A DNA stretch of 62,407 bases, filler included, from Dugesia japonica (Eukaryota): NCBI GenBank assembly GCA_001938525.1. It is 5 parts of 5 records of this genome, joined end to end, with 100 filler letters (N's around TTAATTAATTAA, not from the genome) between each part and the next. Parts side by side here need not be neighbours in the genome. Positions count along the whole stretch, not along the records: positions 1 to 9,426 come from MQRL01498610.1; positions 9,527 to 28,228 come from MQRL01620663.1; 3 more parts are not named here. The stretch is one strand, 5' to 3'. Under the pieces are notes generated by a model. The model saw only the letters and a list, made by a program, of their open reading frames with translations. It made no database searches and was not told the DNA's origin. Position numbers and translations under genes: made by a program. Shown here piece after piece: positions 1 through 13,170 of this stretch. Each line of letters begins with the position of its first letter. Within the stretch, counting starts at the first letter, position 1.

Positions 1-656
1 TATGGAAAAATTAGTTTTTTCGTGTCTACATTAAACAGAAAATTATTTCCTAACTCTGCATTTATAAATTTTGCTAATTCATCATTTTGCTATTTAGACA
101 CACTTCCGATTGCTCGGTAGTATGTATGTGTTTGTGTGTTAATAATACATTTTGATTATGCTTGTATTTATTTAAAAATAAATTTTATTCTCAAGTTTTT
201 GCATTAATTAATTTCGATATTTTTTAAAAAATATTTTAAAATTTCTAATTTAAACTTGATAATTAATTAATTAATTATAATAAATTAATAAATAATTACT
301 GTTTCTTGGGTTTAGGTTTAGATGTTAAAATTCACTTGAAAATTTGTAAGCTTTTGAAAATCTTTGAAAGAAAATTTAAATGAATATTGATTATAATAAA
401 TATTGTATAATAAAAGTTAAGTAAAATTAATTAAATAATATTTAATTAAAATTAAAGTTTTTAAATTTTATTTCTGACAATAAATTTTTAAAAAATAAAT
501 AATTTCTAAAATAATTCTTTTAAAACTAAATTTTAGAATGTATAAATAAATAAACTTTCAAAGAAGTACTTTAATTTAATTTTTTAATAAAGTAAAATTT
601 TTAAAGATGTTTAATTTTCAAATATTAACGCAAAATAAAATAATGTGTAAATCAAG

Positions 657-922
657 CAGTGGTGGATTTACCTATAAACACGTGCTTATGGCATCAAGCA
701 ATATGGGACACCATCTTGCAAAGAGTATAGTATATCACCCTGGCGCCGTGAAATATTAAATATTTTTATCTTGTGTTCTTATGTTTAACTATATTTTTTG
801 CTTATAATGCGATTATTATATGTTTAACTATATTACATTAATATTATTAATTGACATTACAATTTAATTTCTGAATTTTGTAACGGGTGCACCAAATTTT
901 TTAAGGTCTTAATCCGGCATTG
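657..922. mobile_element. hAT-type MITE with 8-bp TSD
   Basis: Imperfect TIRs CAGTGGTGGATTTA / TAATCCGGCATTG; perfect 8-bp duplication AAATCAAG at 649-656 and 923-930. Confidence 0.85.
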
Positions 923-1795
923 AAATCAAGGATTAAAGAATGATGACTTTTACTAAAAATGTTTTTAAATGGTGATGTTATTATAGAAAGGAATAAATAT
1001 GATAAAGAATAAACATTCCAATATTATAAAATTGCATTAAGTTGGTTTTTAATGGGAAAATTTCTTTATATTTTAGGATCAATCGTAAAATCACCCTAAT
1101 AATTAATGGGAGATTAAAAATCGATTTTGTTATTTAAGTTTTCATATTGCTGATTGTTTTCATTACATACTTGTTTTTATTTATTAAATTTATCTATATT
1201 AACAAAATACAATAAACACTGAATATAATAATATCTAAACTAAAATTATAACCAAGAAAAATTAATCCAAGTTTTTATCCTATACAATAATTTGTAGCAA
1301 ATCAGATTTGTATTGACTGAGTTATTATACAGTACTTAAAATTTCTATATTAATTCAAGTTGCCTAATTTTTTTATTGCACAGTAATGATTTTTTAAAGA
1401 TATTAATATGTAATAACGTTTTTCATTTTTCAATAAAATTAGTTATAATATTTAAATAATATATGATTTTTAAACTAAATTGAATAAATTATTTCCCATT
1501 CAGACAATTCGAAGTGCACCTGCTTTAATAGTTTACAAATTCTCTTAAATTAAAAAACCATAATATATGGAAAATAAAAAAATGAATTTTAATTTCTAGT
1601 TGCTTGTATGAATTTATAGTCAATCATTTTATACATTGGTGAATCTAATAGTGAATATTTTTCAATCATGGAGTTTTTGTATTTTCAATTATCTCTTCTA
1701 ATTTTGTTAACTTAGAAAAATAATTAAACATTTGTAAGATAATTTAATTATTTATAATAATTTATAATGCGCGAGTTTTTACATATTTGTTGTAT

Positions 1796-2528
1796 AAGTG
1801 GTGCCTAAAAGATCGATCGCGATCTACCAGTAGATCACGGACCAGTTCTGAGTAGATCATTAGCCTATTAAAATATTTTTTTGATGCATGAAAATACATT
1901 TTCTAACTAGAGCATTGATGAACGAAACAAAATACAGAGCATCAAATTTGCAAAGTTATTTTGAAAAATCAAAAATTTAAAAATTTTTTTATTTGATATT
2001 CATTTAATTTTTCGTATGCTTACATTTTATGTTTTTTATGTGAAGAAATATAAATTATATATGTAAATTATTTTATAATTACCATTATTGTGAGAATAAT
2101 TGTTGGACTTAACCATTGATCGCATTTAAGATTTCATTAAAATAAAGAAAAAGCTTCGATCAAAATAAAATGTATTTGTAAAAAAGTTCAAATTTTCGAC
2201 AATAGTCTTCTTCAGGAACATGTTGGCTTCTTGATATATTGAATGCAATGGATCTTTGTTAAAAATAAATAAATAAATAAAAATTAAAATTTATAATTAA
2301 ATAAACCAATAAAATGTTGATAAAATCTAAAGAATTGAGTAACAAAGATCTATTGCATTAAATATATCAAGAANNNNNNNNNNNNNNNNNNNNNNNNNNN
2401 NNNNNNNNNNNNNNNNNNNNNNNNNNNNNNNNNNNNNNNNNNNNNNNNNNNNNCTTTATTTTAATGAAATGTAAATTATTATTTTAATTGATAAGTTGAT
2501 CGTGCGAAAAATTTAGTGGACAGTCCTG
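1796..2528. mobile_element. Degenerate hAT-like non-autonomous element containing the hammerhead repeat pair
   Basis: AGTGGTGCC...GATCGATCGCGATCTACCAGTAGATC left end and GATCGTGCG...GGACAGTCCTG right end resemble hAT MITE termini; no clean TSD. Confidence 0.45.
2186..2219 (-). ncRNA. Minimal type I hammerhead ribozyme motif (Penelope-associated type)
   Basis: Minus strand GUUC-CUGAAGA-A-GAC(UAUU)GUC-GAA-AAUU-U-GAAC: intact core, 4-bp stem I, 3-bp stem II, palindromic stem III. Confidence 0.8.
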
Positions 2529-4157
2529 TTTTATACAATCGTTATTATGTTAAAATATCTATCTTCTATTACATAATTAACTTTGTTTTCAATGCATTAT
2601 TTCCACCGTAGGATTAATTGGCTTTTTATGTTTCTTTTCAGTATTTTACTTCTAAACGATTGACGATATTATTACATAAAAAGTCATGAATAAATTTTTC
2701 GTTAATTTCATCCAGGGAAGAACTTCGTAACTTATTTTCCATGTTCATATGTCGATACATGTTTCCTCAATTTGTTTCGTATTCTTCGTTTATTGTGAAT
2801 CGTGATTACTTCAGATTTCTTAAATACTTTGTTGTAATCAATTAATTTTTATTTATTCTACTTTCTGATTTGTGTCGTCACATGATGTATCATGTTATTG
2901 GTTGACTTTGTATTCAATGTCGAATGATATTGAACTATTTTAATTTAATGACTTTACAATTATTTATTTTGAATTGTAAATAAAAATATGAAATATTGAA
3001 AAGAGCTAAAAGTGATTTTAAATTTTTTTATTTTCAATCAATTTTTAAATTAAAGTTTATTGTACTGCTCCAGTATGATCATATAATGGATTTATAGTTA
3101 ATAAACATAATTTTCTAAATGATATTTTAAAATTGTTTGTCATTTCAAAGACGAAAAATAATTTTGCTAAATTTTATTTAGAAAAAAGCAATCGTTTTAA
3201 AAATTTACAAATAATGAAATTGAAAATATTTTTAATATAATTAAAAGAGAAATTAGAATGTAAAAAATTCAAAATAGATCTAATTTTATTCATTTGGTAT
3301 CACAAATAAATAATTTATTACATTAAAGCGTTATACACAAAAAAAACTGAAACTAATCATTAGTAATTATTTGGAATTAAAATATGGCGACTAAAACATG
3401 TATTTATAATGATACTTTTATGTATAACATACCATTTATAAATGACTTAGTAATTTCTTGTTTAAAATGAAAATAAGAATGACTAATTTTTTTTTCTTAC
3501 AAAAATATTATCAAATCCGCTATTGGATAATATTACTATTACAAAAAATAGAGAATCGTAACTTTTTGCTTCTCTTTAAACGTATTTTCATTTTAGAAAA
3601 TATATAAATTAATATTGAAAAAATTTGATTCTTAAAATTAAATTAAAAAAAATTAAATTCCATTACTTTACTGTTTCTATCTCGAATTATTGGCATAAAA
3701 TTAAACACTTAATAATTTAATTATCTAAAAAATAGATAAATGAAATTCATTGTGTGTATGTAATGGCATGTTAGTAAAGCAATATTTTTCTCATCGTATT
3801 CACAGAAGGAAATCCAGCCTATAATTAGTGGGAAGATAGTTACAGTCTGTATATTTTGCAAAATTTCTACATTTTGTTTGATTTTACTTAATGACAAAAT
3901 CTGCTGATATACTTTAAGAGGTGATTATCACAATTTCTTTACACACTAGCATTAATCAGCATGCATTCAAGGTGATGATATATGCCCTTTCTATCTAGAT
4001 ATGCATCTCACCTCAGGCCAACTTTATATTGTGATAATAATTGTAATGCAATGCTGCAGATCGCAATCTAGTTGTCGTCAACTTCTATTGGTTTATGGAA
4101 ATGTTGACTTTTAAATGAATCTTCTTTTTTGTAATCGGATCATTAATACCCTAATTC

Positions 4158-4608
4158 ATGTCATTTCGATGTTTCAAATCCAAATCACCAATATATGGAA
4201 CAGTAAAAAATGATAAAAATAAATTAAAATCTCCTCTTGCTTGGGAAGAAAATGTATTGAAATCTCCTACGACCAATTTAGACGATGTAGTTATAAATAA
4301 TGATTCCTATCAACTACATCGAAGTGTGTCGGATTTAAGTTTATTTCGAATAATGGATAGTAATGGTAAGCAATCATACTCATCGATCGAGAACAAATCG
4401 AAAATGTTGACTGAATCTTTAGGAGTTTCATCGGATTTATCTCAACAATCATGGGGTTTTAATAGCCGAATAGAAGACATGAGTAATTGCAGCATGGAAC
4501 AACTAATAGATAATTGGTCGAAAACTAGTAGTTATTCTACCAATATTTCCGACTCACAAAAATTTATTTCTAATCTTATGAGTAAAAAAGCCTTTGATGC
4601 AGTTAAAG
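4158..4608 (+). CDS. Probable first coding exon of an unidentified Ser-rich protein
   Basis: About 150 open codons in very AT-rich DNA, ATG start, no TE motifs, candidate donor AAG|GTATTA at 4608/4609. Confidence 0.55.
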
Positions 4609-6477
4609 GTATTAATTTATGTTTGCTAATTTCTATGATTTGGAATTTTTAAAAAAAATCATTCATTCTAAATTAATGTTTAATATATTCCTTTAATATT
4701 TACCTATGTTAAATTATGAAATAATTAAATAAATTTTTGATAATTAGTTGTTAAGGAAATGATTTTTTCTATCTAGATATGGATATTTTAAAAAAAAAAC
4801 AAGATTTAAATACGATTCTTTAGAATCAATTGTACCTAAATTGAATTTATCTTTCTTTTGTTTCAATTTTTGAAAAAATAATTGCATTTGTAAAATCTCA
4901 TTAGACAACCATATAATCTATTTTAGTAGATGATAATTTTTGTTTAAATAATTTAGTATTATACGAAAGGATGAAATACCGGCATATTTAACAATTTACC
5001 TGAACCGGTGTTAACCAAAAGAAATCAATTAGTTAACTATTTTTTGATTTCAAATATAAATTTCTTTACTATTAGTTTCTACTAAATGATTTTGCAAAAT
5101 TTGTAAATTATTTCAAATTTTCATTTTATTTTTAAAGAATGAAATAATTAATCCATAGAAAATCAATCGTCTGTATTTATGAGTCATCTATTATTTATCT
5201 GAAATTTATTTTTTTTTGTTTTAACTGAATTTTTCAAATACAAAAAATTTTAAATAATTCTAATTATTAAAATAAAATCAGTGGAAAACCGTTACATTTG
5301 ATGTTAAATTTTATTTCTTTTATATGTATTTCAACTAAATTTCTAAAAAGAATGATTAATAATTCTATTTAGAAATTGTATTTTGATTGAAAATATATCG
5401 ATTCTAGTTAAATCGATATTTGAATTTATTTCGAATTTTGATTAAATAAATTTATTTTTGAAATTATTAGTTTAGAAAATTATCATAATAATGATAGACT
5501 CATTGTGATTGTTTGATTTAATAGAATTTTGGTATTTAATATTTTCGAATTATATTAATTTAAATAAAAATGAAAAACAACTGATTAAAAGTTTTAAATT
5601 GACAAAGTTAAAGAAAGGAATATTTTTAATATAACAATAGAAGTATAATTAAGTTTTGATTGACTTTTCCAATGTTTTGAGATTTTTCAATAGTTTTTTT
5701 TATTGATTTTTTGTAGTAAAGCAATAGTTTTTTTTTAAATGAAAGTTTATACATTCCAGCTAAAGTCTAAAAGAAAAATGGATTTTTCTAACTTTCCAAC
5801 TTTCTGTGATTTTATTTCTATCAAAATCAATTTCTAAGAATTTGTAAATATTTTTAATCGAACAATTTTCAATGATAAATTTATACTATTATTTAAATAT
5901 CGTTTAAAATTTATTTTATTAATTATTTTGATACAGTTTATTTTTTTATCAGATATGAATCCTTCTACCAAAATGTAACCTAATCTTATTATAATATAAA
6001 TATTTAACATTTATTATTGTAAATCTACAAATTATGGGAAAATAAAATATCTAAAATTTATTTTTAATTGAAAACCAAATGAATATTACATAATATTCGG
6101 AATAACTAAAATTTACTTGAGCCATTAAAATTATTTTACAAAATTTTTGTCGTTTGAGTGATTATAGAAATAATTTGATTTAACTGTGAGTCATTTAATG
6201 ATAAACATCAAGCAGGAGTCATACATAATAAGCGTCAAAAGTAATTAACTTTAATAAATTAATAAAATATAATTTATGGCTCGAACGTAAATAGAAAGAA
6301 TATTAAATTTCCTAAATAAAAATAAATTTAACTTTTTAATTCTATTTAAAAATACTAACATTAATTTGATTTTTTGGGTGTTGAAATGAGGCGATTTATA
6401 GTAATTATTGAATAATATTTGTTTTTTTACGGTAATTTGTAAAATAATATTGGTTTTAAATTGAACTAAATATTTTT

Positions 6478-6690
6478 GAATTCATTTAAAATAAAAGCTT
6501 CGATCAAAAAAATTTTTTTTGTTTTTGGAGATTGACTTTTTGAATCAATTCCTGACGAAGGCAAAGTCGAAATATCGAATCAATCTCAAAAAACAAAAAA
6601 AAAATTTATGATCGAAGCTTTTATTTTAAATGAATTCTGAGAAACGATCAATGGTTACGTCCAACAATTATTCTCGCAATAATTGCAATT
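6478..6690 (+). repeat. Hammerhead-bearing pLTR-like repeat (family A) with inverted partial duplication
   Basis: Perfect 29-bp inverted arms 6478-6506 / 6609-6637 extending imperfectly inward; 3' tail GATCAATGGTTACGTCCAACAATTATTCTCGCAATAAT shared with copies near 2083, 10630, 53565 and 54790. Confidence 0.85.
6548..6580 (+). ncRNA. Minimal hammerhead ribozyme motif
   Basis: AUUC-CUGACGA-A-GGC(AAA)GUC-GAA-AUAU-C-GAAU; predicted cleavage after C6576. Confidence 0.85.
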
Positions 6691-6958
6691 GTAAAACTAC
6701 TTTTATCAATTTTTTTTTTCATTAAAAAATTTCATATTACACTTGAAAATTCTGGAAATTCTTTCATATTTAATGTATTTCAAAAATATTTTACAATTAT
6801 ATTGATTTTATAATCACTATTTTTTCGCACTTATTTTAAAATATTGTATATTAATTATTTCACAGCGTCGGTTTTCAATTATTTTACCCGGACAAAGTTC
6901 ATCTCTCATTCAAATTCATACATTTTCTATTTCAATTTGATGAAACATTCATGTATAG

Positions 6959-7249
6959 CAGACCTCGGCAACCTTTTTTCATTACAGGTTTCGGACCAGT
7001 AGTATTTTAATTTTAAAACGGTTTTTTAATGAATAATAAGATGAAAGTTATTGAACAAATAATTATAATTTAGTTTTATTAATCTTTTTATAATTTTTTT
7101 AAATATACTTATTCTCCAAATTCACTTAATAATAATTATCTCACTCATGTAACTGTATAATGTAAATCTTATATTTTCTCAAAACTATTGTTTTGGGGAA
7201 CTCAAATTGGTAATTTCATGACCCACGAATCATATGTTGCTGACGCCTG
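6959..7249. mobile_element. hAT-type MITE
   Basis: TIRs CAGACCTCGGCAAC / GTTGCTGACGCCTG; decayed 8-bp TSD ATGTATAG / GTGTATGC. Confidence 0.6.
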
Positions 7250-9426
7250 GTGTATGCATGCATAGAACGTTCATTTTTATGTAATTGAAGATTGACTAGG
7301 CTATTGCTGTAAAACGGTCAAATTAAATTTTATTTATTGCTTTGTATTTATGTGTTTTTAAGAAAGTTTATATAGTTTTCATCGTATATGGTTTTTAATT
7401 GACTGACTTAATTTATGGATTTTATTTTTCAAAGTTGATTAAAATAGTAATTAATTCGATAGTAAAAAAATTGAAAACAACTATAAGAACTTATAATGTT
7501 AAGATTTTATGTCTGTTTGCGATTTACCCGATTTGTTTATCAATACTAAATTTGATATAAACTAAAGCAGTTCAGTAAAATCTATTGCGTAAAATTCACT
7601 GGTTAACTCTTTAAAGCATATGTGACACATTTTTCCCAGATAAGTTTTTTACTTCTGTAACTAAGTCACTTTTTAAATCTCGTAGAAATCAATCCACTAA
7701 GTTCTATAATGCTGCCCGTCTTGATTTTACTTTTTATTTAGCAATGCATATTTTTATAAATATAAAATTATTCGAATATTTCATCTTCTAGATCCTTTAT
7801 TTTTGTGAATTAACCAGGTTTTAAGACAAAAATAAAATGTTTCTTACGTAAAGTTTAAATTTTTGAATTAGCAGAAATAAAAATTTGTTTGGCAGTACAC
7901 TTTATAGATAACTAATTGTTCAAATTTAAGATGAATTTAACGTTTTTTTCGATAAAACCAATTTTCTCAGGTTTTAGGAAGTCAAATTTTTCTGACAAGT
8001 AGATGATAGGGAAAAATATGTTGACATCAATATAAAAAGCAGTAATATGAAACTAATTATAGTAGGAAAGTCGGTTAATTTTTATCGCTCTAAAAGAATA
8101 ATGGGATATATAAAGTATCGGTTTAATTATATAACTAAATAAATTGGCTTTTACAAAAAAAGATTGTGGGTGTGTATTATTGTAATATTAATTTATTTTT
8201 AGTAATATGATGAATATAGTTTAACAATAATTTTTTTGTTACTTGTGAATTTACTGAAGCAATTTATTGCATTGAAACTTTTAATATTAAAATAGTGTAT
8301 ATAAAATTATTTCCCCACAAATATAAATATAGTTTTTAGTAAGTCTATTATCAATTATAAGATCTAAAAAAATTATTTATACAATTGATTACAATTTTAT
8401 AGCATTTATATAATTGTGACTACAATTAACCAAAGAAAATTCAGAACAACCATATATAAAGGATTTCTAAAAGGTATATAAAAATCTATATATTACAGAA
8501 TACTCGATTAAAAATATAGCAGAAGAAGCAGAGATAAGTAACATATCTACAGACTCATTAATAAATAAAATCCAATTTAGATGATTGATAATGTAATTTT
8601 GGCTATCTAAAAATAAGACCTAAAGTATTCATTCAGATCTGGAGTTACAATATTGATCATTTATGCAACGTTATTTTTTGAAGATTGGCCCAGAGAAATG
8701 AAAATATGATTTGACCGAGGAAGTACAATGTATATATTCGAAAAGAGTTTATTATATATTTTTAACATTGCTCACTTTAAAATTTCATGTTTTGTTTTCA
8801 ATTTCTGTATTTATATTTGAGAAATTTTACTTAATTTTTTCGGAACCTTATAGTACTCAATAAATTATTAATGTTCCGTTATATAAATTTTAAAAATCTG
8901 TTAAAAATATTTTTTTTGTATTTTATTATTTAAAGTAGTTTTAAGAAAAAATTGTAGGACATATCTATTCATTTACAAATGAAAATAATTTAAATTTTCA
9001 GTCTCAGTCACTAAATTTCCTTCAGACTTAACTAGTAAAAGTAAAGAAAAGTTAAAATTTCGAAAAATAATATTTATCAAGATTTGTATTGTTTTTAAAT
9101 AATTTTTAAAAAAACCAAAATTAATTTGCAGTTTGAAAAGTTTAAATTTTTCAATAAGAAAAAAATTAAATATTTTAAATACATTTTCTAAGAATAATGA
9201 AAAATAAATTAATTTTCAACAAAGTTCATTCAATCAATTATCTAATAAAGTTTGATAATTAAGCAAATTTAGCAAAAATTTCATTTTACTGCCAATTCTT
9301 AATGCTAAGTCGTGCGTTAAAAATCCGATCCATTGTTTCCGAATTTCAAAAATGGCAATAAATGTAAAAAATATATTGCTTGGAAAATCGCAAATCTACA
9401 AGAATGAGTCATGAATTAATTATTAT

Positions 9427-9526
9427 NNNNNNNNNNNNNNNNNNNNNNNNNNNNNNNNNNNNNNNNNNNNTTAATTAATTAANNNNNNNNNNNNNNNNNN
9501 NNNNNNNNNNNNNNNNNNNNNNNNNN
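9427..9526. other. Artificial scaffold-joining spacer
   Basis: 44 N + TTAATTAATTAA (stops in all six frames) + 44 N = 100 bp; identical at four sites. Confidence 0.95.
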
Positions 9527-9737
9527 GTTTCCAATAATGACGCAGGATACCGCGAATTATGATTTTTTCGTCCGCCATTTTGTGAGCTTCTATGATAAAT
9601 TTTTATTTGAAATTAAATCTATAATAATTGACTTACTATATAAAAATAGGTAATACAATTTTTTTAAAATAACGCTGCCTTTTTGTAATTAAAATAGACA
9701 AAATAAAAAGTATCCGGGAACTTCTGACTCAACCTAG
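9527..9737 (-). mobile_element. mariner 5' end (TIR and transposase N-terminus), cut by the contig edge
   Basis: Minus strand TAGGTTGAGTCAGAAGTTCC TIR-like end, then MADEKIIIRGILRHYWK. Confidence 0.6.
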
Positions 9738-10629
9738 GATACTTAATTTCTGTCAGTAGTATATTTTTCAAAATTTAAATTTTGTAATAATTAGATTTTT
9801 TTGAAAAACAAATTATTGTGATATCTATACTGATATTAAATAAATAAATAAAATAAAAAAATAATTCTTGGTACCAAATTTTGATTTCAATGAAATTTTT
9901 AACTGTTTTTATTGATTAAATAGTTTATTTTAATATATAATAATATAATAATATTTATTATATATTATATTAGTTTATTTATACTTAAAAAATTTATGAG
10001 AATATACATATTTAATTAACTCAATAAAATTTTTTTCAATTTCTTTTTCATGTGGAAAATATTTATTTTATAATACATAAAATCTTAAGTTTTTATTAAT
10101 AAATAAAATTATATTAATGGAAATTAGGTGGTGAAAATAATTAATGTAAACACATTCTTCAAATTTTTAAATGCTGTCAACAGATTATTGGTTACAATAT
10201 TTTTTCTAACATGAATTTATTTCTAATTATCATGAAATTAATATTCGGTATTTTCAAAAAAAATCAAATGTTAATTTTAATAACTGTTTCACATCAAAGA
10301 TGTTTTAATTATTAAATTTATTACATTTAGTTTTTTTTAGTAATTTAATGCGAGATTAATTAAATTTATTAAATTATTTTCAATTGATAAATTATAATGA
10401 TATATTAATTCGAAAAATTTATTATACAATCATCCTTGCAGCAAAGTTCTTCAATAAATTCAAACATTAATAAATAATACATAAATACAATTGTTTGGGA
10501 ATTGTTCTTTTCTTCAAGAAGCTGAAATATTATTAATAATTTATTAAATTCGATTGTGTTTTTAGTTGTTTCTGCTATCAAACAAACACTGATTATTTTC
10601 TTCCAAAACTAATTCTAATTTTACAATTA

Positions 10630-10790
10630 GAATAATTGAGAAAATAATTTTTAGACTTAACCATTGATCGTATTTGAAATTTCATTAAATTAAAAGATTC
10701 CATCAAAATTCTGTTTTTTAAATATTTTTTTTTATAATTTTTGGTTGTTAGTATTTCGAATTTTCAACTTGTTTTCTTCATCGGGATTTA
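10630..10790 (-). repeat. Family A pLTR-like repeat with degenerate hammerhead
   Basis: Minus strand CCGAUGA-A...GAA-AAUU-C-GAAAUAC followed by the family tail (plus strand GACTTAACCATTGATCGTATTTG). Confidence 0.7.
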
Positions 10791-10979
10791 ACTTTTTGAT
10801 TTATTTAAGATTTACTATAGTATTAGAAAAATTTGGGGATTAATTTATTTTATTGAATTTTAGTTGGTTAATTTATTTAATTATTAAAAATTACTTTGAT
10901 TTTGGATTTATCTTCTTTAATTAGTAATTCGTCATGTTTCTTTCTGTGAAGTGTGAAAATGTAACATGTTCCTAGTGTT

Positions 10980-11760
10980 TTCCATTTTTTGTTTAAAAAT
11001 CTGTTAACTGATGAAACTGTTATTTGAGAAGAGACACAAATTAATAAGACCTCTATTATGATCCCTTGAATATATGTATATTCTCTGTATCTTTCAAAGA
11101 AGTCACGTACAGTATCAATGACATTTTCAGGACCTCCAATTGGAATTGATCCATACAGATTTTTTTATATCTAATGAACCAAATTCCCCATCACTCTTCC
11201 AGACATAATTTTTAATTCGTTCGATAAACTCCTATCTTCCATTTCGATGAATAAATTGAGGAATTATTGGATATTTCATTTTCTGTATTTTCTAATAATT
11301 GTAATTGACATTTACGGCTGTATATGGAAGCTTTAATCCTTGTAATGTTTGACAAGTCAGAAACTCTTGAATTTGCTTGTCGGTGAATGCATATCACAGT
11401 TGTACCAGATATTTTATTAAGATAATCAGAATTCGAATTTATTTTGATCTTGACTATATCTTCAGTTTTTGATTTCTCAGTTTGATTCCAAAGTTTTATT
11501 TATTTATTAAGAGAACATATTTCNTTTTATTTGCTAACATTTTCTTGATTTTCTTCATTTAGAGGAAAAGGTAGTGGTTTATTTTTAGCAGATTATTAAG
11601 CTCACTATCCAGCCTTTTACGACAAAAATTCATCCCTTAAAACTTTGTCGTTTAGACAAATCATCAGATTAGCAACATTTAAGGGCCTTCTAGAGTTTCT
11701 TTTAATTCTCAAACAAAAATGTATTAATTCTGTTGTGAATAATTGATTTAGGCTGTTAAG
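10980..11760 (-). mobile_element. Penelope-like element reverse transcriptase relic
   Basis: Minus-strand translation EFIERIKNYVWKSDGEFGSLDIK/NLYGSIP (1-nt frameshift near 11160) matches the PLE RT motif A pattern S(L/F)D(V/I)xxL(Y/F)xxIP; boundaries approximate. Confidence 0.7.
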
Positions 11761-12599
11761 AACTTTGATTCTGAACCAAAGTTTTTAGTAGGTCAACATT
11801 ATACAACTTTTGTATGTTAATAGCATCCCTAATATATATATATATATGGATTCACTTAAGACATTAACCATACTAAACATTTGTATATATAAAGAAGATT
11901 TGTTTAAATTAAATGTTTTAAGTGAATTCAGATGAAGTGAAATTAATATAACGCTTTTTACTAATACCAATCTTAGTTTTTAGAATTAAAATAGTACATT
12001 TTTTAAAACTAAATTTAGTTTTAGAAACCAAAGTTTTCTATACTTTAAGACAATGTTATGCAACCTTTTTTCGTTAGACAGAAATGAAGGAAAATATGCA
12101 TTAAATCTCTCAAATGAAATAATTCTTTTCTAATACATTTATTTTTCTTTTACAATTTTTTAATTTTATATGCGGCACCCAAACAATGTTACGTGACACA
12201 CATAAAGTGTCATAACACCACATCTACTGGACACTGCTGCAGTAAAGCAAAAGTTTACCAGTTTATGAAATTTCTCTTCCATTAGTATATTAGAAATTAA
12301 AACGAATATTTTTAAATAAAATTTATATTGATTTTCAGAACATATTTAAAGATTGCTTCTTAAACTAAAATCCAAAAACCAATAAAAGATAAAGATGAAA
12401 CTTAAAAAAGACATGGGCAAAAATTTTAATTTGAAAATTATACGAAAATAAAATACAATAAATTCATTTAAACAGACAAACGAAGAAATTGTAAAAGCGA
12501 CAGTTATTTGCAATACAAATAATTCGATGGCTAAAAATGACGTTTAAAAATATATTTACACACACACACACATATATATATATGCATTAAAAAATGAAT

Positions 12600-13170
12600 A
12601 ACTTTAAAATGTTCATCAACGGAAGTAGATCGATAAAATTCCCATGATCTCTTGCCGGAATTATAGAAATATGCTCAGTAGTTTTCAAGAAATACTCCTG
12701 ATCAATGGGAAAGTGTAATATATTAAAGAATCTGGATTTAACAATCATCTTCGAAGAACCAAAGCTCATTCTACAACCAATACTCCAGCAAGGATTGTTG
12801 TCCCAAAAATAAAAGGACGTAATATATCTTTGGTTGCAACTATAAATACACAAGGAATACTATTTAATCAAATAATTCCACAATCTAGTGAAAATTCCAA
12901 TATTTTTTGTGAATTTTTACAGTGAATTTTTAAGAAATTACAAGAACAAGGTCCTAAAGAAGTAGGGGTAATTTGTGATAATGCACAAAACAGAAACAAT
13001 TAAAATTCTTGCTAACAACACATCACATGGGTTAATATTTTCCAATGATGAACCCAATTGAAGTGGTATTCTGAAAAGTGGAGTTATATGCTCGGAATAT
13101 TCTCGCAGATCCCATAAGAAATGAACACTTAAAAGACGTGACCAAATTATCACTTGTAACATTTAATGAA
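12600..13170 (+). mobile_element. IS630/Tc1-like (DDE_3) transposase relic
   Basis: VIY-xESGFNNHLRRT...VPKIKGRNISLVATI...NSNIFCEFL...VICDNA...PMMNPIEVVF with stops and frameshifts. Confidence 0.8.

Noticed and set aside
5953-5978. Strong-looking acceptor giving DMNPSTKM* after the 4158 exon
   Set aside because: Such acceptors are common in T-rich DNA; several alternatives exist
8420-8760. Possible Tc1-like relic (NVIF motif)
   Set aside because: Too decayed; no catalytic motifs recoverable
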